Part shown: piece after piece, positions 55,481-64,000 of the stretch
Layout of the letters: each line of letters starts with the position of its first letter
Position numbering within the stretch: the first letter of the stretch is position 1
NCBI GenBank assembly: GCA_964252035.1
Contig: OZ176207.1
DNA: 64,000 bases
Strand: one strand, 5' to 3'
From: Podarcis erhardii
Lineage: Eukaryota
Made by a program: the position numbers and the translations under genes
The notes under the pieces: model-generated
What the model was told of the DNA's origin: nothing
Seen by the model: the letters and a program-made list of their open reading frames with translations, nothing else
The model's database searches: none

Positions 55481-56343
55481 CGGAAAAGTATGCAGTGGTA
55501 CACACAACTTACTCTCTGCAATATTAGAAAACGTATTGATCTGATGAAGCAATGAAGACATCAGTACAACTTTTAGAATAGGTTTTTGTTTTAATTTGTA
55601 ATGCATAAACTGCATATCAGTATTACATAACAGGAAAACAAGCAGAAGAATTCTATTGCCCTTTTCATTTACAAATGGCTACCCTGGTGCATCAGAAGCC
55701 ATACAAAAACATGCACAGTGACATCACATAGGAGGAATTGAAGAACTATATATTGTGCTTCCAGTTGTTTTTCTTAAAGGTATGCTGTTCCTCAACCCTG
55801 CAACTATACATAATTAAGAGGATTTTGATGGATGCAAATTTGACTGAGAATTTTGCTTTCTGATATATAAGGTTACACAGCTGGGATTTGAAACTTATGC
55901 CTAAAGGAAGTTATAAAATGGGATAAAAAGGATATTGAGTTTTCTTAGCCTAGTATGCTGCTAGAATTAAGTTATTTAACAAAGCAATAAGACTTTGTTT
56001 TTAGAGATGAATCTGCGAGTTATTTCTCCTGCCAAATATATTTCAGCTTAGTTTTACCTTTCACTATCTTTACTCCCACTCTTCTCTCAAGGAGCTCAAG
56101 TTGGAGGGCTGGGTGGCTTAATTTATCCTGATGACAGCCCTGTAAGCAGGTAAGACTTTTTAAAAGAGTGGTGTACCCAGGGTCACACATTATACTGGAG
56201 AAGGAATTTGAACATGCATCTCCCTATGGTTGGTGGGTAGCTTGTAAGTTGCTTTGGGTTGCCTTGGCCAAGATAGTGACTAATTTAATTCATTAATAAC
56301 AATATCCATTCACATGATGTTTGTAAATTAATTCACCTGCATA

Positions 56344-56395
56344 AAAGGTAAAGGTACCCCTGCCCGTACGGGCCAGTCTTGACAGACTATGGGGT
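56344..56395 (-). mobile_element. Sauria SINE extreme 3' fragment
   Basis: AAAGGTAAAGGTACCCCTG reverse tail. Confidence 0.7.
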
Positions 56396-57729
56396 TGGTG
56401 CATACACACCACAAAAATGAGCATGTGTTGCTTGTTGATTTAGAGGCCATATAGAGCTTCTTTTGCCACCCCTGCTTTTTGCCATAAACTCACAGGTGCA
56501 GAGCTCTAGCCTTAGTTCTCTGCTTGCTTTCTAAAGCCAGCTAACTAGGAGTTGGCAACATAGCTGAAGACAGGCAGCATTCCGCTTCCTTCCCTGGGGC
56601 AATTGGTCCTTAACACGGAAGGAGATCTAGGTTTAACTACTGTTTTCACACTTGCAGTGCAGGATCAGTAAAAACAACAACCAAACAAACACTAATTGTT
56701 GAGGTAGTATGTTTTTATGTTTATCTCTTTATACTACTTACTTTCTTGTTGTCTGTGGTTTCTTTTTGTCTGCTGCTTAGATTTTTAAACCAGCAGTTTT
56801 AAATAAATTTCAAAGTACCGATTATAGCAGCCACCACCAACTTTATTGTATAAACTTTGTTCTGTAGGTGCTCCGTTGATGGATAGTGCTGTCTAAAAAA
56901 AGCCTGTCAAGACATTTGATATTACTTTAGCAGAGATACTTCACATATCTTTAATATGTACCCTTCTATGGACACACTTTGTTAGCAAGTGCAGATCTCT
57001 ACATGCACATTTTCCATTAATTCCATGTCTCTTAGTATAGAATGATGATCTCTGATACTAGTTTAGAAACAGAAATCCAACCAATAGGGGAAAAGTCATA
57101 GCACAAGAATGCTGCAATACTAAATTCTGTCAGCCATAGCAACTTATTGCTACAGAACCTTTCTACCACGAAGCATTCAGCATTTTAAGTCTTTGTAAGT
57201 GCAAATCTAGCTGGAATTCCACAAGGGTGCTTGTATAGTCATTATACTCTTAGTGGCTTTTGAACAATAATTATTTATTTAGTCTTTTTAATAGCAAAAA
57301 GATAAATGGGTTCTCCATATTATAATTCAGAAAGATGTCATTTAAAAACAGTAAACTAAACTGCCAGGTATGTTCTTCTTTGGCACACATCAGATTGTGG
57401 CAATATTAATTACAAGCTACTTTTGCCTGCATGATAAATTTTATATCCAATTTTGTAAGACCTACCGATCAATTGTATTCTAAAAACTGAAAAGTACTTA
57501 AGCTGGTGCTTTTAGAATCGGTGGTGTGGAGGACCTCACCTGCCCAAGTGATGGCTAGATTTGCATGCAAGTTGTAACACATTATAATGGGTATTTTCCC
57601 CCTGCTTAGAATTTTCCTTAGCATGGCATTACATCATGCTCATTCCAGAATATCACTTTGTGTTAGCTTAAGCCAAGATACACTTTTTAAATGGGTACTA
57701 TAAATCAGGTGATCAACCCCCCCAACCAA

Positions 57730-57777
57730 ATACATACATACATACATACATACATACATACATACATACATACATAC
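57730..57777. repeat. (ATAC)n microsatellite
   Basis: Read directly. Confidence 0.95.
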
Positions 57778-60700
57778 CAGCAATGTAAAATTAGTTGCAT
57801 GGTCCTTTGGGTCCAAGTGTGGTCAATGCCATCTTGGGGAAAAAACATCCACCATGTACGAAACAATATGCAAATTCAATCCTTCAGGAGTCAAATTGGT
57901 GTCACAGATAAAAATTTCTTCAAAAAATACGCAATACAAATACCAGGTAATTTGGAGTAGAGTTACATATATATTGCAAATGACAGAATGTCGTTTGAAT
58001 TTGCTAACATCATGTAACCTTCAAATTACTAAAACAAAAAACAAAACAAAACAAAAACCACCACCAAGTATTTGAACGTGAACTAAAGTTATTTTTCGGA
58101 AGTAATCCTGAATGCATAAATAATATGCAACAGTATTCTTGATTATCTCATAAACAAAAGATTAAGAGTGCAATCGTAAGCATGAGAGAATAAACACAGT
58201 AGGATGCACCATGTGAATATGCAGAAGATTGTGCTGTGCAGTTTGCATCTAGAGTATTTAAATTTTCTTATTCTATAAGCCACAGTAGCTTCTTCTTTTC
58301 CACAGCAACGGACACAGTCAATAAGTTGCCTGATATTCTAAAAATCTTGCATTTGGTTTCCAGTGCAACTGCAATCTTTTACTGGTGAGGGGAGAGGGGA
58401 GAGCACTTGTTCTTACTCTTCAAGGCAGAGAAAGAGTTGTGGAAATTGCGGAGGTGAGGGAGGGAAAGATGGTCCACAATTAAAATACTTATGCTGTTAG
58501 AATTCCAAAATTGTGCTAACAAGTACTCACACGTGATGCCATCGCTTGCCGAATACCTGCTTGGTGTGTCAGCATTTCACAAATGAAAATGTGAAACCAT
58601 GCGTTATTAAAAGGGAACCTCGTTTGACTCGCTTCACGTGCAGTAATCACAGAACTTTTTATTAATAGGTATAGGCAGAACAAAAGGGGTTGGGGAAGAG
58701 GGGTGATAAGTTTGAATTAATGTGTTATTGAATATGCTTCCTTTGGTAGAAAGGCCAAATTAATTTATTTTCTGACAGAATTTACACAATTAATGTAAAT
58801 GTAGTAGTTGCAGAGACTAAGGATTCAGCACAAATGACATGTAATTAGAAATGCACCTTGAGGTACAGAAATGTTTTTTGGAAAGTTTTTTAAACTTCGG
58901 TTTGTGAATCTTGTGCCAATTAAATGCTTAAAAAAAAATAGCCCATCAAAATTGCTTTATTGCTGTTCTTCAGATACATCTGACAGATTTTCTTCCTTTC
59001 ATGCAGCCCAAGCAAGTACTAAAATATTCATTTCAAATATTGTACATAGTTATAACAAATTATTAACACAGACAAAAGCTATGACAGAAAGGTGTTTTTA
59101 TTTTCCTCATATTTCATTTTTAAATAAAGGATTTCAACCAAAATAATAATAGAGTAACATTGTCACCAGGGATGCATAAAAGTTCTGTCTGCACACCAAG
59201 GCATTGCAAAGGCTTTGTCGCCACCTTCTGCAGAGCGGAGCTAGCTTGGAATTTCCCACAAAATATTTTCATGTACAAAACACACAATCATTTTACTGGA
59301 TGCAGGTTTTCTACAATACACTTGGGGTACTTCCTAGATTTATTAGTAATTAGAAAAATAAATGCTTTAAAGTTCTTATGGTGCCAAGTTTGCTGTTCTA
59401 GATAGCCTTTCTCCTCTTTAAAACTCATTTAAACATTGGTGTGATTTCTGATAACACAGAAGTTGGCTCATTTAGCTTATTTTAAATTTCCTCTTCACTC
59501 TTCATGAGAAGGTTGATTCTCACTACAAAGAGTGGTGGTTCTCCAAAGTTAATATATTTTACACATATTTACAAGTTGATATGACTATGTTGAAACAGAG
59601 TAGGGCACCAAAAAGCTTCATGTTACAGGCAGCTTCCTGTGATATGGAGAAACAGAGTGAATATCCTTATTACTTGGACCACAGTTGGAATATTAATGGC
59701 AAGGTGACAAGAATGTTATGTCACATAACACAACACTCAAGGAACTAAACTTCTCCTCAGGCTTCAAACAACAACTTTGTGGAACTTCCTCCCCCAAATT
59801 AAAGGCCGGCATATTTCCTTCATCCTGACAGAAAGAGTCAAAGAGGAAATGAGAAAGGCAAAGGGCACTTGGAAAGTGGTGACTGAAAAATATCGAGCTT
59901 GCTAGTGGCAGTTTCTATTAAGATCGAATGCTGCATGTGGCTGTAAGTGCATTGTTAAAGGGAAAGAAAGAAGGAATTGTGTTGTCTGTGTGCAGGGATA
60001 AAATTATTGAGACAAGTAAGCGGCCTCCGCTTATATCGCTGGCATTCAAGGTGACTCACACTGTCAGCACTTCAACCTCAAACCCCTCACCTTAGAATTT
60101 GAGGGGCCCTCTACCAGAAAGATCCCCACTTCACTCCCTGTAATTTGCCTGAACCCATAGGAGCACCAAAGTTCATGTGTGCAATACTAATAAAGAGCCT
60201 AGAAAATCTAAATAATATTTAATAGAACGAGGCGACGACATGAGTCCCAGACACATTTCACAAAGAGAATTCAGGCATTTGTCTGAACATGTGAACTCTG
60301 TATCTGTAGGCAGGAGATAGCACATGCAAGCCCTGCCCCACACATTTGTTCCAAAACTTCCCCACGTTGAGCAGGATAGGTCTATAAGGGCATAGTACTT
60401 GCATTCCCTTAAACGTGAGTAGAGCATCATGCATGATTGGGTACCCTGCTCAACCTGGGGAAGGCTGGAGACTGAGCGTGTGAGCTGATATAGATGGGGT
60501 CGTTGGGAGCAGGCTTTCCATCCATAGATGTATTTGTGTGTCCAGGCACATATCAGAATACAGCTTATTTCTCTAGAAAAGTAGCTAGACAACCAGTTCT
60601 TGATAAAGACCCCAGACTGAGGAAATAGAGCAGGTTAGCTACATGGAAGGAGAAGAGATGACATAGAAAACATGGAAGGGTGAGAATCTCCTAGCTGATG

Positions 60701-62708
60701 CCTCACCTTACTGGGAGCCATTGCTGATGCCTTTGTGAGCTGTGAGGTGACCCCTTTGCTTCCACACAATTTGTGGCATTTATTAATAAAATGTAGCAAA
60801 ATACAAAAGGAACAGGTGCTCTCAGTCCATTTTTTCCAAGCTGATTAATGGAAAAAAGACTATAGTCTAACAATACTTCTCGGTCTGATGTCATCACAAT
60901 GCAATTTTATCATGTCAATTAACAAAGTGAAATTTAACTTCTGCTGTTATTGACCATGGGTTATGTCCATTGGTGGAACTCTTGTGGCTTTCCCTGTAGG
61001 AGTGTTTTATTTTGCCAGTGAGAATTCCTCAATTGTGCCAACAGTGCCAGTTTTGTCTGTAGTGTAGACACGGCCTACATTGGTTTATCCAATGAAAATA
61101 GAGTAGTCCCACTGTCTTGGCTGAGTTGGACCAGAGACCCCATTGCATCCTAAGACCCCAAACATTAGTGCTTGTGCAGTTAGTTAAATTTCAGATATTA
61201 GAGCAGCAATATCAGGCTTTTAGTCTTTACATAGTAGCTCTATTTCTAGGCCTCTAATGTTTTGGTTTTCTTGGAAGATAAGAGTCATTTCTCAGCATAT
61301 TTTCATTAAAAAAAATGTCTGGATAGAGGTTGCATTAAAGCAGATTCTGCTTATTTTGGAAGTGAACTGAGATGTATCTCATCAACCTAAAATGTGAAAA
61401 TGAAAATTCAAATATTTGAATCCTTCCTATCATATACTGAATGCTGATATTAAATATGGACCTAGCCATTAAAAACGTGAAAGGATTATTGTTCCTGTCC
61501 ACTGGATGATTTGCAAATATTTATAACTGTGATGTTATAAATATAAAAACAACCTAGCTGCATACTCTACACTAAGCCCCAGTTTGTTTACATTTAAAAA
61601 TCAGAATATAAAAGAGTGCAAAAATGTAATGTTTGGTAATATTCCTGGAACTTCAAAACAGCTAGACAGTGTTTCTCCAAACCTTAAAAAAAACCTACCT
61701 CTCAATCTGAGACACTCCTGCCTCAAATTTTTGCAGGGTATAAAATTTCTTTACAGCCAAGATACAAACCCCTGTAAAAATGGGGCTTATAATGGATATG
61801 CTTCCAGACCCTTAATTATAGCAGTACTTAGGTGTTCTACTATAATACAAATATACATATGATCTATTTTCTCAGGATTGTCACCCAGAGAATGTTCTTA
61901 ATTTTACAAAAAACTCATTAATATTAAAAAGTTGCACTTATCTTGCATCCCCTCCATAGAGAGTATTTTGCTTATGTCTAAAAGCTACAACTAAGAACTA
62001 CTGCAACTAACATTCAGAATACATTCAAGATAGGGAAGAAACTGCTATTACTTTAGACATAACACACTTATCATTATACTGGAACAAGTAGCAGCTGCAG
62101 GAAATAGTTACCAAATCCAGGCTTCTTAGCTTATTCAATATTTTATTCTAGAACCCAGACAGTATAAACTATCTAGTTTGGATTGATCGACCATGCTGAG
62201 GACATCCTTTAAAGCTTTGTGCTATACCATAAGGCATTAAGAGCCATGGCCCCCGTCAATTTTCTGTACAAGCATGGGCTTGTATGCCACAAAGACTGAA
62301 ATGTATATGTTAGTTGGTAGTAAATGCCAGCATAGTTCAATAATTACAACTGTGCTAACAACATTGTGTAGTTCCGTAACTATATTTTGACTCTTTTCTT
62401 GAAAATTATTGAAGGAATGAACACTAGAAAAAATAATGCAAGTAAAGGCGCTCTTTGTACACTGTGCCACATACAAAAAGGCAACAATTTCAAACGGACA
62501 TTTTCTTCCTGTGCAAACAGTTTTATCTACTGACCTGCTGCATAGCCCAATTTCTTACTTTCTCTCTGTGTATAAATTATGGAGTGGCAAAACCAGTGAT
62601 CTAATGCAAATGTAAGCTGTCGGGTGGAACAACGGAAAAAAGACATTCTGGTTTCACCGAGTTCTCTCAAGACTTCATGAATACAAAGCAAAGAGAAAGG
62701 CACACAGC

Positions 62709-62967
62709 TCAGATCTCATTGATAGTCCTCTCAGAAGGGCAATACTCTGAGGTGCCTGGGGAGGACATGTAGAATGACTGGGTTTTCCTTTTTAATCTGG
62801 CTCGCTTGTTAGCCAGGGAGAGGCTGCGGCGGCTTGAATTGATGATTTCTGAAATGAACTTTTTGCAGTCCACACACACTTCCATGGTGCTCCAGTCCTC
62901 CATTAGCTCTTTTGGAAACAGTGCTTCTTCATCTGATTTATCTACAGACTTGGACTTTGAGGATAAC
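62709..62967 (-). CDS. SPIRE1: SPIRE1 last coding exon ([14 protein letters not shown]...[21 protein letters not shown]...ERTINEI*); upstream exons lie beyond the window
   Basis: Recognisable SPIRE1 C-terminus (end of FYVE-type domain and FSI motif); ttttcag acceptor; synteny. Confidence 0.96.
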
Positions 62968-64000
62968 CTGAAAATAAAGCAACAATTCTATTCTTATTAG
63001 GGTTATTCAGCTTTCCAATTGTACTAGAGAGGTGAACTCTATGCACTCTAAAATAACAAATCTGTCTCTCACAGGTCTTTTTACTTCCTAACATATTGTG
63101 TCAGGGGAGAGAGGTGTTTCTTGTGGCCAGTTATGATTAATGCAAAACACAGATTAATCATAGCAAAATTGTGCTATTTGGCTAACAGTTATGAAGGCAT
63201 TTATGATCTTAGAAAATGGTTATATACAAGCAAGAGAAAAATAAACCTTTGCAAATTAGATTCATATATGATTTTGCACATTGTTTCTATAACTTTAACG
63301 GCAACCTTAAGTTGAAAAACTAGTTATGTTTCTCTAGCAAATAATGAAACAAATTTTATGACTAGTGAGTACCAAAAAAGACAAATGCAAATTCAAATTT
63401 TAATTTTAAAAAGCTAAGCAAGTTCTTTTCTTGCAGCAAAACCTTAAAAACTAAACATTATGTCCGATTGCAGCGTCCTGTTCATGCAAATGAAACTTGC
63501 CCTTCTGCTATAATCTTGCAGCCCCTTGTACACCTCCAAAATCTGCTCTAAAGAATTGGGACGATGTAGAGCTGATTGGGAGAATTAGGAGGGTGGTGAT
63601 GAAAGGAAATTATGATGTGTCTGTTGGAGCAACACTGGATTTTAGAATAGATAATTAAATGAATATTTCTCTAAAGTTACTTCAGCATGCAGGATTGGGT
63701 GCAGAGATAAATTTTAATATAATTTTAAATATTAATGTGAAGATCCAAAGAGGCACATGTGTACATAAGATCCACTTATTGAAGTTTGGGTTTTTGTTTT
63801 TTTAGGGGAGGGAGGTGTGCCAATTTCTTCTTTCAGAAGCTACACCAGGAAGCCTACCAACCTTTGGGGTGGCTTTTCAGGGAGTTTGAAGGACTCCCAC
63901 AAGAAAAGGGAGGTTGAAATGCTTCTATAGATTGAACACCTTTTGATCACTGCCTTGAAACTTGTTGAAGGATAGGGTTTAAAGCTTTCACAAGTACCTA

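Noticed and set aside
62806-63000. Plus-strand 64-aa ORF
   Set aside because: Antisense shadow of the SPIRE1 exon

Overview
Vertebrate genomic DNA, most likely a lacertid lizard (Podarcis/Lacerta-like, judged from the Squam1, Squam3, BovB and MITE content). It is syntenic with human 18p11.21. Complete genes: TUBB6 (+, 4 coding exons, 446 aa), AFG3L2 (-, 17 exons, 813 aa) and PRELID3A (+). The last coding exon of SPIRE1 (-) is also present. All exons were assembled by hand from splice sites and phases. AFG3L2 and PRELID3A are head-to-head, with their ATGs 2.0 kb apart. Introns carry L1, RTE, L2, BovB and Penelope elements, SINEs and several TA-flanked MITE families. Most notable observations: (1) PRELID3A has two homologous C-terminal exons, one PRELID3A-type and one PRELID3B-like; (2) a young L1 fragment whose target-site duplication supplies its ATG and duplicates the likely exon-2 branch point; (3) an RTE LINE with twin-priming inversion geometry; (4) Penelope fragments carrying a minimal hammerhead-ribozyme core, one folded back at ribozyme stem II; (5) several unassigned candidate exons. 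Family names and orthologue comparisons are from memory; no searches were run. There are no prokaryotic-type features.
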